Positions 49,547-59,852 are shown, counted from the stretch's first letter. The stretch is DNA of 64,000 bases from Ignavibacteriales bacterium (GCA_026390585.1 JAPLFP010000355.1:12779-76778), one strand, 5' to 3'. Translations and numbers: made by a program. The notes: generated by a model from the letters alone, not told the origin.

Positions 49547-50512
49547 CTACTTTATCAACTGCATCGTCCGTTCCTGCACGAACTCTCCGCTGCGGATTCT
49601 GTAGATGTATGTGCCGCTGGCGAGATTCTTCCCATCAAACGTGACCGTGTGAGTTCCCGCACCAAGTTCAGAGTCGACGAGTGTGCCTACTTCTTTGCCG
49701 AGCATGTCGTAGACAACGAGGGTAACATGGTCCGCCCTTGGAATCGTGAACGAGATTTTCGTTGATGGATTGAACGGATTCGGATAGTTGGTTTCCAGCG
49801 CATAGCCATCCGGAGTCACAGAGTCCGCGTTATCCGGACTTGTGGAATCGTCGCTCAACATCCGGTTCACTTCCGGCAGATCCTGTCCGTCCCAGAGCAT
49901 GAACTTGGCAGCCGCAAGCTTTCCCTTCATATCGTCACCCATCAATGCCCCGAGCGTCTTGAGCCGCTCGATGGCTTTTGCCAAAGCCGCCTTGAATCCC
50001 ACCGACAGATCTTCTTTGTGGACTTCATACCATCTCAATCCTACTCTTTTGATTCCAGCTTTCCATTCGGTGCCGAACGGCTTCGCATCTTTGCCGATAC
50101 TCTCTAGTGTCGCTTTGTATTTGACGCCGAGAGGCTTCAGGTCCGTAAGGAGGGCCTGCCGATCCGTCGCAAGCTCTTTTATCTTCTGCCGGTACATTCT
50201 GATATCGCTCGCATTGTTGTTTTGCATGGCCTTTTTCAAAGCAAGAGCGAGTCTCGTCCCCTTCATTTTGAGCTGCGCGGCACGATCCCGAAGCGCATTC
50301 AGAGCACGGAGGTCGGCTGGAGCCATGGAACGGTCCAGTGTGCCTTTCCATTCCTTCATTTTCGGGATGATGTTCCCCTGCGCATAGTCACGGACACCCT
50401 TGTAGAGTTCCTTGAGCGCATCTTTTGTTTTTTGATCGAGGACTCTCCCCTGGGAAAACGCACTGCTGCCGATGAACACCACCAGAGCAATGAGTAACAG
50501 CATTTTTTTCAT
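49547..50512 (-). CDS. Secreted helical protein with T9SS C-terminal domain
   Basis: Signal peptide; Lys/Ala-rich helical core; NYPNPFNPSTKI...LASGTYIYR CTD. Confidence 0.85.
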   Translation of the reverse strand: MKKMLLLIALVVFIGSSAFSQGRVLDQKTKDALKELYKGVRDYAQGNIIPKMKEWKGTLDRSMAPADLRALNALRDRAAQLKMKGTRLALALKKAMQNNNASDIRMYRQKIKELATDRQALLTDLKPLGVKYKATLESIGKDAKPFGTEWKAGIKRVGLRWYEVHKEDLSVGFKAALAKAIERLKTLGALMGDDMKGKLAAAKFMLWDGQDLPEVNRMLSDDSTSPDNADSVTPDGYALETNYPNPFNPSTKISFTIPRADHVTLVVYDMLGKEVGTLVDSELGAGTHTVTFDGKNLASGTYIYRIRSGEFVQERTMQLIK

Positions 50513-50782
50513 ACATGCCTCCCTTTTCACTGATGAACAATTACTTGGAAACTTATGCCAAACTTGCGCAGGTAAATGCTTTGTTGCCTGCTTGGGGATT
50601 CGATGCTAAAACCCTTGGTTCGGTTTAACGGGCAAGACGGTAGAATTCTCTCTTTCCAAGTTCGCTCTTGAAAGACAAATATGCAACAGGATGAGAATCT
50701 GCGTTGGTTTGGCTATTCTCCGTTCAAAACACTACATTTGTGTCAATCTTGCACATAGTCTGGGCTTTTGACAGGAAGGATC

Positions 50783-51274
50783 ATGCAAATCAGGGTTTTC
50801 GTCACAGGCGGGACATTCGATAAAGAGTACAATGAACTCGACGGGAGGCTCTACTTCAAAGATACACACCTGAAGGAGATGCTGTCCCTCGGCAGATCCA
50901 AAGTCAGGGTCGACATCAGGACACTGATGATGGTGGACAGCCTGGAAATGACGGACCAGGACCGGCAGATCATTCTCGACCAATGCTCGAAGTGCACTGA
51001 AGACAAGATTCTTATCACGCATGGCACCGATACAATGGAAGTGACTGCGCGGGTTCTCGGGCAGTCAGTGAAAGACAAGACGATCGTCCTGACGGGAGCA
51101 ATGATTCCGTACAAATTTGGGAGTTCCGACGGTCTCTTCAATCTTGGAAGCGCACTCGCCTTTGTTCAGACGCTGCCGCATGGAGTCTATGTTGCGATGA
51201 ATGGAAAGTGCTTACCCTGGAACAATGTTCGCAAGAACAAGCAAACTGGCGAATTCGAGGAGATCACGAAGTAA
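50783..51274 (+). CDS. Short-chain asparaginase domain protein
   Basis: TGGTFDK, HGTDT, LTGA, SDGLFNL; N-terminal domain only (163 aa). Confidence 0.88.
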   Translation: MQIRVFVTGGTFDKEYNELDGRLYFKDTHLKEMLSLGRSKVRVDIRTLMMVDSLEMTDQDRQIILDQCSKCTEDKILITHGTDTMEVTARVLGQSVKDKTIVLTGAMIPYKFGSSDGLFNLGSALAFVQTLPHGVYVAMNGKCLPWNNVRKNKQTGEFEEITK

Positions 51275-52536
51275 TGTCGGCACTGAAATCAGATCCGGAT
51301 ATTGTGATCGTCGGTGGTGGACTCGCGGGCCTGGCTTGCGCTCGGCACCTTCAACAGCATGGCATCTCATTCCAAATCATCGAAGCATCGGACGGCCTCG
51401 GAGGCCGCGTACGAACGGATCGCGTTGCAGGATTCCTTCTCGATCGCGGTTTTCAGGTTCTTCAGACTGCATACCCCGAAGCACAAAGGGTGCTAGACTA
51501 CACCAGACTTGGTCTCCGCACGTTCTTCCCTGGCGCGGTAATTCATATCGATGATCAATCTTACCGCGTCGCAGATCCGCTGCGAATGCCCCTCGCGGCA
51601 TTTGAATCTCTCTTCTCCCCCATCGGGACGATGAGCGACAAGGTCCGTCTTCTTGCTCTTCGTCAGCGCCTTCGCAGACAATCGATCGACTCGATCTTCA
51701 AGAGCGAGGAGCGGACGACACTGGACGCTCTGCAGCGCGAAGGATTCTCTCCCACTATTGTCTCAACATTGCTTCGTCCCTTTCTCAGAGGGATCTTCCT
51801 TGAGAAGGGACTGAAGACGTCGAGCAGGATGTTTGAATTTGTCTTCAAGATGTTCGCCGATGGACACGGTGCCCTTCCGGCAAATGGAATGGGAGCCATT
51901 CCGGATCAACTGGCAAGCACGCTCCCGGCGGAGTCGGTCCGACTCAATACCAGAGTTATTTCCGTGTCACCCAACTCGGTGACCCTGGAATATGGTGAGC
52001 ATGTGCAAGCTCGTGCAGTCGTCGTGGCGACAGAAGGGCCCGAAGCATGTCGACTCATCCCGGGACTTGAGCCTGTGATCTCTTGCAGCACGACCTGCAT
52101 GTATTTCGTCGCGGACTATGATCCTCTCGGTTCTCCGATTCTGGCATTGAATGGCGACGGGTCCGGAGTCATCAACAGTCTCTGCGTCCCAAGCTCGGTC
52201 GCTCCATCGTACGCTCCTGCCGGGTCTTCGCTAATTTCCGTCTCAATTCTCGGGATCCCGGAGGAAGACAACAAGAAACTCGAGACGTCTGTACGTTCTC
52301 AACTCAAGTCCTGGTTCGGACCAAAAGTCGACTCGTGGAGGATTTTCCGCACCTGCCGGATTCTTCATGCGTTGCCGAGCCAGGCGTTTCCTGCCCTCTC
52401 TCAGCCACAGCGACCGGTGAAGATGGAACAGGGATTGTATGTTTGCGGCGATCACCGCGATACCGCGTCCATTCATGGCGCCCTCGTCTCCGGCCGAAGA
52501 ACTGCCGAGACAATTCTCGAAGACTTCGCATTCTAA
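51274..52536 (+). CDS. FAD-dependent oxidoreductase (flavin amine oxidase family)
   Basis: GGGLAGL, EASDGLGGRVRT, LDRGFQV, CGDH...GALVSG. Confidence 0.88.
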   Translation: MSALKSDPDIVIVGGGLAGLACARHLQQHGISFQIIEASDGLGGRVRTDRVAGFLLDRGFQVLQTAYPEAQRVLDYTRLGLRTFFPGAVIHIDDQSYRVADPLRMPLAAFESLFSPIGTMSDKVRLLALRQRLRRQSIDSIFKSEERTTLDALQREGFSPTIVSTLLRPFLRGIFLEKGLKTSSRMFEFVFKMFADGHGALPANGMGAIPDQLASTLPAESVRLNTRVISVSPNSVTLEYGEHVQARAVVVATEGPEACRLIPGLEPVISCSTTCMYFVADYDPLGSPILALNGDGSGVINSLCVPSSVAPSYAPAGSSLISVSILGIPEEDNKKLETSVRSQLKSWFGPKVDSWRIFRTCRILHALPSQAFPALSQPQRPVKMEQGLYVCGDHRDTASIHGALVSGRRTAETILEDFAF

Positions 52537-52563
52537 GTCATTACCCCCTCACTACCATCCCAT

Positions 52564-53160
52564 ATGGCCACGCACCTGTCCGATGAAGAGCTGATCAAAC
52601 GAGCGAAGAAAGGCGACGAGCGAGCCTTCACGCAACTTGTGCGGAGGTACGAGTCTCTCGTTTACAGCTTCGCGTTCAAGGTCTGCAGGAACGAGGAAAA
52701 AGCGAGCGAGACGTGGCAAGATACGTTTGTCAATGTCTTCAGAAAGCTCCATCAGTTTGATGGACGATCGAAGTTCACAACGTGGCTCTACAGCATTGTG
52801 ACCAATAGCTGCCGAATGAAGCGGCGGCAGCGCAAGCTGGATAAGGCTTCCGTATCCATCGAGTCACCAACGGAGTCTCACGATGGTTCTGATGACGATC
52901 CATCCGTGCTGACGATTCCCCCGTGGAAAGACACGCCCCTGGATGCTGTGATTGACAAGGAATTGCGAACTCTGCTCGATGAAGCGATTCAACGATTGCC
53001 GTATGACTACAGGGTTGTCTTTGTTCTGCGTGATGTCGAAGGTATGTCCGCCGAGGAAACCGGAAAAATCCTGAAACTGAGTGTACCGGCCGTGAAATCA
53101 CGCCTTCGACGGGCCCGGGTCTTTTTACGCGAACAGCTCAATCCCTACATGACCGCATGA
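52564..53160 (+). CDS. ECF sigma-70 factor
   Basis: Region 2 (QDTF...FTTWLYSI) and region 4 (VFVLRDVEG...VKSRLRRAR). Confidence 0.93.
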   Translation: MATHLSDEELIKRAKKGDERAFTQLVRRYESLVYSFAFKVCRNEEKASETWQDTFVNVFRKLHQFDGRSKFTTWLYSIVTNSCRMKRRQRKLDKASVSIESPTESHDGSDDDPSVLTIPPWKDTPLDAVIDKELRTLLDEAIQRLPYDYRVVFVLRDVEGMSAEETGKILKLSVPAVKSRLRRARVFLREQLNPYMTA

Positions 53161-53396
53161 AAAAGAAAACTGTGCGTTGCGACGATGTCCTGAACCATAT
53201 ATGCGAGGAGCTCGATACCAAGCTCACGTCTGCCAAATGCCGTGAGCTCAAACGACACCTCGAACGATGTCCAAACTGTACGGCATATCTCGACAGTCTG
53301 CGCAAGACCATTATGCTGTACTCCTCCACACCCAACCCGCGATTACCTCAGAAGGCCCGAAGACAGCTTTTTGCCGCTCTCAAGCTCAAATCCTAG
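53157..53396 (+). CDS. Soluble zinc-finger anti-sigma factor (zf-HC2), copy 1
   Basis: HLERCPNC (HxxxCxxC); ATGA overlap with the sigma gene. Confidence 0.88.
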   Translation: MKKKTVRCDDVLNHICEELDTKLTSAKCRELKRHLERCPNCTAYLDSLRKTIMLYSSTPNPRLPQKARRQLFAALKLKS

Positions 53397-53494
53397 CTTC
53401 CGAGACGTCCTCCAGAATCCTTTTCGCGATGCAGGCATCTCAAGTAGTGAATCATCGTACACTGAAGTTCATTCACTTTCCTAGGGAGGCTGTT

Positions 53495-53701
53495 ATGAAG
53501 AAAAACATGGGTACCGTTGACCGGTCGATTCGGGTTCTCTTGGCTCTCATCGTCGCAGTATTGTATTTCACAAACCAGATATCGGGTACGGCCGCTATCG
53601 TTCTCGGTTTGTTCGCTGTGATCTTCCTGATAACGAGTTTCATGGCATTTTGCCCGTTGTATGTTCCATTCAAGATATCGACGAAGAAGGAAGCGGCATA
53701 A
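53495..53701 (+). CDS. DUF2892 (YgaP-like) small membrane protein
   Basis: GGAGG RBS; MKKNMGTVDRSIR...FCPLY signature. Confidence 0.9.
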   Translation: MKKNMGTVDRSIRVLLALIVAVLYFTNQISGTAAIVLGLFAVIFLITSFMAFCPLYVPFKISTKKEAA

Positions 53702-53707
53702 ATCTGA

Positions 53708-53934
53708 AGAATCAGTCTCAAAATGGATAAGACATTCTTACGCCAAGTCGCGCCGCTTCCAATGAACTATAGCAATAGGTCATTGCGAGCGTTTTTTGCG
53801 AAGCAATCCGTCGTGGGATACATGGATGGATTGCTTCGTCGTCGAAAAGAAAAGCAACGGACTCCTCGCAATGACTGGGTTGTATGTGTTGCTCTGCGTC
53901 TTTGCACCATGGATGATCGTTTTTGAGACAACTT
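53708..53934. mobile_element. Composite MITE-like element with GTCATTGCGAG...CTCGCAATGAC palindrome
   Basis: Ends gtctcaaaa / ttttgagac; collinear with 32028-32298. Confidence 0.7.
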
Positions 53935-53950
53935 GTAGTCACCGGGATCG

Positions 53951-54202
53951 ATGATGAAGCGGATCCACAAACATAGCGCATTGTGCCGCGAAGTAGCGAG
54001 GCATATTCAGAATCAACTCGACGCCGAGCTGCTCTCCCCTGCTTGCCGGGAGATCAGGAAGCACCTGCGCCGTTGTCCGACCTGCACCGCGTACCTTGAC
54101 AGTCTGAAAAAAACCGTGCTTCTTTATAGGCGCTATCCCGACCCACATGTCCCCGCGATCATGAGAGAAAAGCTGTTCGCCATTCTCAAGACCACTACCT
54201 GA
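53951..54202 (+). CDS. Soluble zinc-finger anti-sigma factor (zf-HC2), copy 2
   Basis: HLRRCPTCTAYLDSLKKT; paralogue of 53157-53396. Confidence 0.82.
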   Translation: MMKRIHKHSALCREVARHIQNQLDAELLSPACREIRKHLRRCPTCTAYLDSLKKTVLLYRRYPDPHVPAIMREKLFAILKTTT

Positions 54203-54234
54203 CAGCCCAATGCATTAAATCATGGAGATCTGTT

Positions 54235-54689
54235 ATGACGAAAGAAGTTGTTCTCAAACAAGTCCAGGGAATTACATTCGTCGCAAAAGGGAATTCCAGT
54301 CACTGGGTGCCATGGATGGCTCTACAGAGTTTGGCGGAAACCTCGCCGGCTCGACGCCGAAGGAGCTTCTGCTGATGGCGCTCGCTGGCTGCACAGCGAC
54401 AGACGTCGTCCCGATTCTGAGGAAGAAACGCGCACCGTTGCAGAAGCTTGAAATCAATGTCAAAGGAAACGAACGCGAGGAACATCCCCGCATATTTACT
54501 GACATCCATGTCGAGTATGTTTTCTACGGTGAGGGCCTCAAGGCTGAGGACATTGAACGCGCCATCGAGCTTTCAACAACGAAGTACTGTTCGGTGAATG
54601 CGATTCTGGCAGCCAGCGCGCCGATAACTCATTCCTATCGGATCGAATCAAGAGCGACACCGGCGGTGGCTACCGCGACAGCGATGTGA
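54235..54689 (+). pseudogene. OsmC/YhfA family protein, frameshifted
   Basis: MTKEVVLKQVQGITFVAKGNSSHWV in one frame; after a 1-nt loss at about 54310 continues MDGSTEFGG..PKELLL..LAGC..KYCSV. Confidence 0.8.
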
Positions 54690-54703
54690 CCCGCAAGGAG
54701 GGC

Positions 54704-54990
54704 ATGGAGTTTAGAAGAACTATACCCTTCACGAACTCGAGAATCCTCAACGATGTCTCAAGGAATTGCTGCGTATTCAGAGCCCTCATTGCCGAATCGT
54801 GCTCGGTGATTTCAACGAAACCGGGTTTGAGGCAATGCAGGAGGTCCATGGGGTGATCTATGGAGACAGCCATTCCCTCGGGTCGCTGAAAATTGCAGAT
54901 GCAGAAGTCATCCTCAAGCGCGCCTACTCTGATCTCGAAATGGTTGTAACACCTCTGAATATCACTTATATTGCCTCCCGCAAGAAATGA
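54704..54990 (+). pseudogene. C-terminal fragment of a class I SAM-dependent methyltransferase
   Basis: Frame from 54718 reads TLHELENPQRCLKELLRI..P..RIVLGDF; no SAM-binding N-terminus; the RBS and ATG at 54704 are out of frame. Confidence 0.55.
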
Positions 54991-55060
54991 CCTGATGAGG
55001 GCATACGCTCTCTCGATCGTGCTGACGAATCTTTCCGATGTTCCCTCTTGTTGAGGTCGC

Positions 55061-55972
55061 ATGTATAAGATCGAACGCATCCTCTGCCCCACGGATTTCT
55101 CCCCGGCGTCTATCGAAGCCATTCGCTTTGCCTCATTCCTCGCCAGCCACGGCAGCTGCCAGTTGACACTCATGTATGTCGACGAGGAAGAGAAAACCCC
55201 GATGGGGTACTTCGAAAAAGATGAACACTCGCTGAACCAACGCCGCGAACTCATCTCCGGATTTGCCCACAGCAAGTTTTCAGAGATTATCAAGGAAGAT
55301 GGACTGAGGGCGGATCGCACCTCCATGCTCGTTCGCTTTGGGACTGCGTACCACGAGATCATTGAAGTCGCTGAAGACAACCGATACTCCCTCGTTGTGA
55401 TCGCAACGGAGGGACTCGGCCGCTCGTCACCCCATCTCATCGGCCGAACGGCCGAACGCGTGGTTCGTCTGTGCCGAACGCCCGTGGTCACTGTCAAGCC
55501 GCATGTGGAAAAGCACGAGTGGAAAATCGAGACCATTCTCTGTCCGACAGATTTCTCCGAGTACAGCAATTTTGCCATTCCTTACGCGGTGTCGCTTGCA
55601 AAAAGCTACAACGCCCGGATCATTCTGCTTCATGTAACGGACCTTGGGACACATCACCCCGAAGCCTTGCTTGAGAAATTTCCAGATCCGCGGTTCTATC
55701 ACGACGACGCAGATAAGATCCACATTGAGAAAATCGTAGGGAGAGATGTCGAACCGGAGAACACCGTCGTGCGCCTCGCCGAAGAATACCAGATTGATCT
55801 CATCGTCATCGGAACGCACGGTGCACGCGGCATGCGCAGGGTGCAAATCGGCAATACTGTCGAAGAAGTCGTTCGTCGCACCAGCTCGCCCGTCCTGACC
55901 ATCACTCATCCGATCCACAAAGCCGTGTTTCCACGCCGATTTAAGGAGGATTACGCTGCAAACGATTCGTAG
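55061..55972 (+). CDS. Tandem universal stress protein
   Basis: Two ILCPTDFS domains; G..AERVVR / GNTVEEVVR. Confidence 0.92.
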   Translation: MYKIERILCPTDFSPASIEAIRFASFLASHGSCQLTLMYVDEEEKTPMGYFEKDEHSLNQRRELISGFAHSKFSEIIKEDGLRADRTSMLVRFGTAYHEIIEVAEDNRYSLVVIATEGLGRSSPHLIGRTAERVVRLCRTPVVTVKPHVEKHEWKIETILCPTDFSEYSNFAIPYAVSLAKSYNARIILLHVTDLGTHHPEALLEKFPDPRFYHDDADKIHIEKIVGRDVEPENTVVRLAEEYQIDLIVIGTHGARGMRRVQIGNTVEEVVRRTSSPVLTITHPIHKAVFPRRFKEDYAANDS

Positions 55973-55991
55973 AGATCCAGCCGCAGAATCG

Positions 55992-56096
55992 TGCCACGAA
56001 GACACAAGGACACAAAACTTCACAGAAGTATAAAGAATCGAAAACCCGACTTCACCATTTCTCCATTTTGCCTTGGTGCCTCAGTGCCTTTGTGGC
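55992..56096. repeat. Inverted octamer-repeat element (second copy)
   Basis: tgccacgaagacacaaggacacaaa ... cttggtgcctcagtgcctttgtggc. Confidence 0.7.
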
Positions 56097-56246
56097 TGAC
56101 AACGGGTTTTTTGCTCGAGCATCTGAAAGACGCCCGCAACGCTCATCTTGGTTTTTTGGAAATCCTTCTCTATCTTCGTCGCACACCGAAATGCGATTTG
56201 TCGCATGTGAACTTCCAGACATTTGTAGATTGAAGGAGAGAGACCT

Positions 56247-58250
56247 CTGAATACCCCATCGGTCGACCAACTTTGCATCAACACGATTCGGACGCTTGCC
56301 ATGGATGGTGTCCAAAAAGCAAAATCCGGCCACCCTGGATTGCCCATGGGTGCCGCCGCGATGGCCTATGTGCTTTGGACACGCCACTTGAAGCACAATC
56401 CGACGAATCCACACTGGCACAACCGTGATCGTTTCGTTCTCTCTGCAGGTCACGGCTCAATGTTGCTCTACAGCCTTCTCTATCTCACAGGCTACGAGCT
56501 CACGCTGGACGATCTGAAGAACTTCCGTCAGTTTAAGAGCAAGACACCCGGCCACCCCGAGTATCATTGGACCCCCGGCGTCGAAACGACAACGGGACCG
56601 TTGGGACAAGGGTTTGCCAACGGTGTTGGGATGGCCATCGCCGAGCGATACATGGCATCCCGGTACAATCGACCGAATTTCGAGATTGTCAAGTATCGCA
56701 TCTACGGCATTGTGAGTGATGGCGATTTGATGGAAGGGGTCTCCCACGAGGCAGCTTCACTCGCAGGACACCTCAAGCTCGGACATATCATTTATCTCTA
56801 CGACGACAATCACATCAGCATCGACGGGAACACCAAGATAGCGTTTACAGAAGATGTCGCAAAAAGGTTTGAAGCGTATGGCTGGCATGTTCAGATTGTC
56901 GACGATGGCAATGACCTCGAGGCAGTTCACAACGCTCTCAAGGCAGCGCAAGATGAGGTGAACCGTCCGTCGATCATCAAAGTGCGGACGCACATCGGTT
57001 TCGGAAGTCCAAACAAGCAGGACACGTCCGAAGCGCACGGCTCACCCCTCGGTGAAGATGAGGTGCGTTTGACCAAACGCAAGCTCGGTTGGGACCCGGA
57101 TAAGCAATTCTTCGTGCCTGCCGAGTCGTTGCAGCAATTTCGGAAGGCAGTTGAGCAAGGGAAAAAGTGGGAGGCGCTCTGGAAAACGATGTTCGATGGA
57201 TACAAACATGCACATCCAGACCTCGCCTCTGAACTGGAGCACGTGCGAGAAGGGGACTTCGGTGCAGCATGGAAAAATGCTCTCCCATCGTTTGCAGCAG
57301 AGGCTGGTTCGATGGCAACCAGAGAGGCCTCCGGAAAAGTGTTGAATGCGCTCGCTCCACACTTGCCGACGCTCATTGGCGGTTCGGCCGACCTCGCGCC
57401 ATCAAACAACACCTTCCTCAGTGGCATACCGGAATTTCAAGCTGGTGTGTATGCCGGACGCAACTTCCGTTTTGGCGTACGTGAACATGCGATGGGTTCG
57501 ATTCTCAATGGCATGGCGCTGACAGAAGGAATCATCCCATACGGCGGGACGTTCCTTGTATTCTCAGACTACATGCGCCCACCAATCCGCATGGCGGCTT
57601 TGATGGGAATACGGCCAATCTATGTTTTCACACATGACAGCATCGGATTGGGCGAGGACGGACCGACTCATCAACCGGTGGAACAGTTCGCCGCTCTGCG
57701 CGCAATACCGAATATCACCTTTATACGCCCCGCTGACGCCAACGAGACCTCGGTTGCCTGGAAGACTGCGATCGAACACAGAAGCGGCCCTGTCGCCCTT
57801 GCTCTCTCACGGCAGAAGATGCCCATCATCGATCGGACAAAGTACGCCTCCGCGGAGAACCTGGCCAAAGGCGCGTACATCCTCGGCGAGAACTCGCCGA
57901 CTCCGAAGATTATCCTGATCGGTACCGGTTCAGAGCTGCAGTATGCGCTCGGAGCCTACGAGCAGCTCGTCAAGGAACAAATTCCCGCCCGCGTTGTCAG
58001 CATGCCTTCCTGGGAGTTGTTTGAACGGCAGCCGAAGGAATACCGCGATTCCGTACTCACTCCCTCCATCAAGAAACGCGTCATCGTCGAAGCTGCATTA
58101 CCCATGGGATGGCACAAGTATGCTGGCGATGAAGGAATCGTCATCGGCATGAACTCCTTTGGAGCCTCTGCCCCCTATGAACTGCTCTATAAGGAATTCG
58201 GCTTTACTATCGAGAATGTCCTGAAGAAAGCCAAAGAACTTCTCCATTGA
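56247..58250 (+). CDS. tkt: Transketolase (probable CTG start)
   Basis: [44 protein letters not shown]; conserved [11 protein letters not shown] lies upstream of ATG 56301. Confidence 0.96.
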   Translation: MNTPSVDQLCINTIRTLAMDGVQKAKSGHPGLPMGAAAMAYVLWTRHLKHNPTNPHWHNRDRFVLSAGHGSMLLYSLLYLTGYELTLDDLKNFRQFKSKTPGHPEYHWTPGVETTTGPLGQGFANGVGMAIAERYMASRYNRPNFEIVKYRIYGIVSDGDLMEGVSHEAASLAGHLKLGHIIYLYDDNHISIDGNTKIAFTEDVAKRFEAYGWHVQIVDDGNDLEAVHNALKAAQDEVNRPSIIKVRTHIGFGSPNKQDTSEAHGSPLGEDEVRLTKRKLGWDPDKQFFVPAESLQQFRKAVEQGKKWEALWKTMFDGYKHAHPDLASELEHVREGDFGAAWKNALPSFAAEAGSMATREASGKVLNALAPHLPTLIGGSADLAPSNNTFLSGIPEFQAGVYAGRNFRFGVREHAMGSILNGMALTEGIIPYGGTFLVFSDYMRPPIRMAALMGIRPIYVFTHDSIGLGEDGPTHQPVEQFAALRAIPNITFIRPADANETSVAWKTAIEHRSGPVALALSRQKMPIIDRTKYASAENLAKGAYILGENSPTPKIILIGTGSELQYALGAYEQLVKEQIPARVVSMPSWELFERQPKEYRDSVLTPSIKKRVIVEAALPMGWHKYAGDEGIVIGMNSFGASAPYELLYKEFGFTIENVLKKAKELLH

Positions 58251-58285
58251 CTCAACTCTGATGAACAATCAACAATCGACCGACA

Positions 58286-59692
58286 ATGACGCAAACCGCA
58301 CTGGAACGCCCTGTTTTAAGCGCTGAATTCCGAAGACAGCGAGTCATCAACTGGCTGTCTCTTGGATTTCTCTACGCGTTTTTCTACATGACCAGATACA
58401 ACTACACCGCGGTGTCCCCCATCCTCGCAGACCTTCTTGGATGGAAGAATACGGAGCTGGGCGTATTCGAGACGATCATGCCTCTCGTCTACGGACTTTC
58501 CGTTGTGCTGAACGGACCATTCGCCGACCGCATCGGCGGAAAGAAGGCGTTCCTTTTTGGGGCTGTCGGCGTTGCCCTCATGAATTTCCTTTTTGGTTTG
58601 GCAAGCCTTGCGATTGTCAGTCCGGCGGTGTGGGAAGGAACGGGGATTGCACGACACGTGGTAACACCTGCAGGTCTCAGTTACGGTTTGTCGGGGGGAA
58701 TGATTCTGACGTTGATGGCAATCGTCTGGGGTTTGAACGGTTACTTTCAGTCGTTCGGCGCCCTCTCGATTGTGAAAGTCAATGCTCAATGGTTTCATGT
58801 CAGGGAACGCGGCACGTTTGCCGGAATCTTCGGAGTGCTCATCCGGATGGGTCTGCTCCTCGCCTTCCAGGGCGTACCTCTAATTCTTCTCGTTCTCCCG
58901 TGGCAATACGCCTTCTGGATTCCCGGAGCATGTGTGGTCGTGTTGTTCATCATCAACTACTTCCTCATGCACAATTCTCCGAAGGATGCAGGATTGGGCG
59001 AATTTGAAACCGGCGATGAGGTCGAAGACGACGAGAGCAAACCATCGTCGTTGAAATTTGTCATCAGGAAGGTCTTCGCTTCACGAGTAATGTGGATGAT
59101 TGCTGTCGGTTCCATGATGATTGGATTTGTCCGGCGGAGCGTTGTCGACGCCTGGTGGCCGAAGTATTTCGTCGATTTCCATGGTGCCGACAAGAGTGGG
59201 TTCGCAACCTATCTTCCATACATCGTCGCCACGTGGGGGATTGCCCTTGCTGGTATCGCAGGCGGGTTTGTCTTTGGTATCGCTTCGGATCGCACGTTTG
59301 GCGGGCGTCGTGCACCGGTCATTGTGTTTGGGTTCCTCGGTATGGCAATCGCCCTTGCATTGTTCGGCGTTTCTGATTTCCTGAACTTTGGGCCCCTCGC
59401 TGCTGCGTGCTGCCTTGTCGTTCTCTCGTTCTGCGTGAATGGTGCGCACGGAATGATTAGCGGTGCAGCGTCGATGGACTTTGGCGGAAAGCGGGCGGTG
59501 GCGACGGCAGCCGGACTCTTCGACGGCATGCAGTATCTCGCGGGAGCATTCGTCGGCATGGGTGTTGGCTACATCACAACAAACTGGGGTTGGGGAGCCT
59601 GGCACTGGGCGCCGATTCCGTTCGCCCTTGTGGGCGCATACCTGATGTCCCGGCTCTGGAACGTCATGCCACGAGGAAGGAAGGGGCACTAA
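58286..59692 (+). CDS. MFS transporter, GlpT/UhpT-like (organophosphate antiporter family)
   Basis: About 12 TM; YMTRYN, DRIGGK, WF...ERG, ASMDFGGK..ATAAG. Confidence 0.85.
   Translation: MTQTALERPVLSAEFRRQRVINWLSLGFLYAFFYMTRYNYTAVSPILADLLGWKNTELGVFETIMPLVYGLSVVLNGPFADRIGGKKAFLFGAVGVALMNFLFGLASLAIVSPAVWEGTGIARHVVTPAGLSYGLSGGMILTLMAIVWGLNGYFQSFGALSIVKVNAQWFHVRERGTFAGIFGVLIRMGLLLAFQGVPLILLVLPWQYAFWIPGACVVVLFIINYFLMHNSPKDAGLGEFETGDEVEDDESKPSSLKFVIRKVFASRVMWMIAVGSMMIGFVRRSVVDAWWPKYFVDFHGADKSGFATYLPYIVATWGIALAGIAGGFVFGIASDRTFGGRRAPVIVFGFLGMAIALALFGVSDFLNFGPLAAACCLVVLSFCVNGAHGMISGAASMDFGGKRAVATAAGLFDGMQYLAGAFVGMGVGYITTNWGWGAWHWAPIPFALVGAYLMSRLWNVMPRGRKGH
59633..59678 (+). repeat. Left copy of 46-bp direct repeat (MFS 3' end)
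   Basis: Identical to 61555-61600. Confidence 0.95.
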
Positions 59693-59852
59693 CAAAGCCG
59701 GAACCGGTTGTTTGCGGTTGGCTCATGGCTGTTAGATGTCAGCATTGCCGTGTAATAATGAGAATGCCGACGTGGAGGTTGGGTCCAATTTCTTCGCTGA
59801 ACAGATTATCGGCTCGAGTTTCGCTATCTTGGGATCAACAAAATGGAGCCAT

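Noticed and set aside
50783..51274. Asparaginase as a truncated pseudogene
   Set aside because: Catalytic motifs intact, stop overlaps the next start, and short-chain forms are a known family
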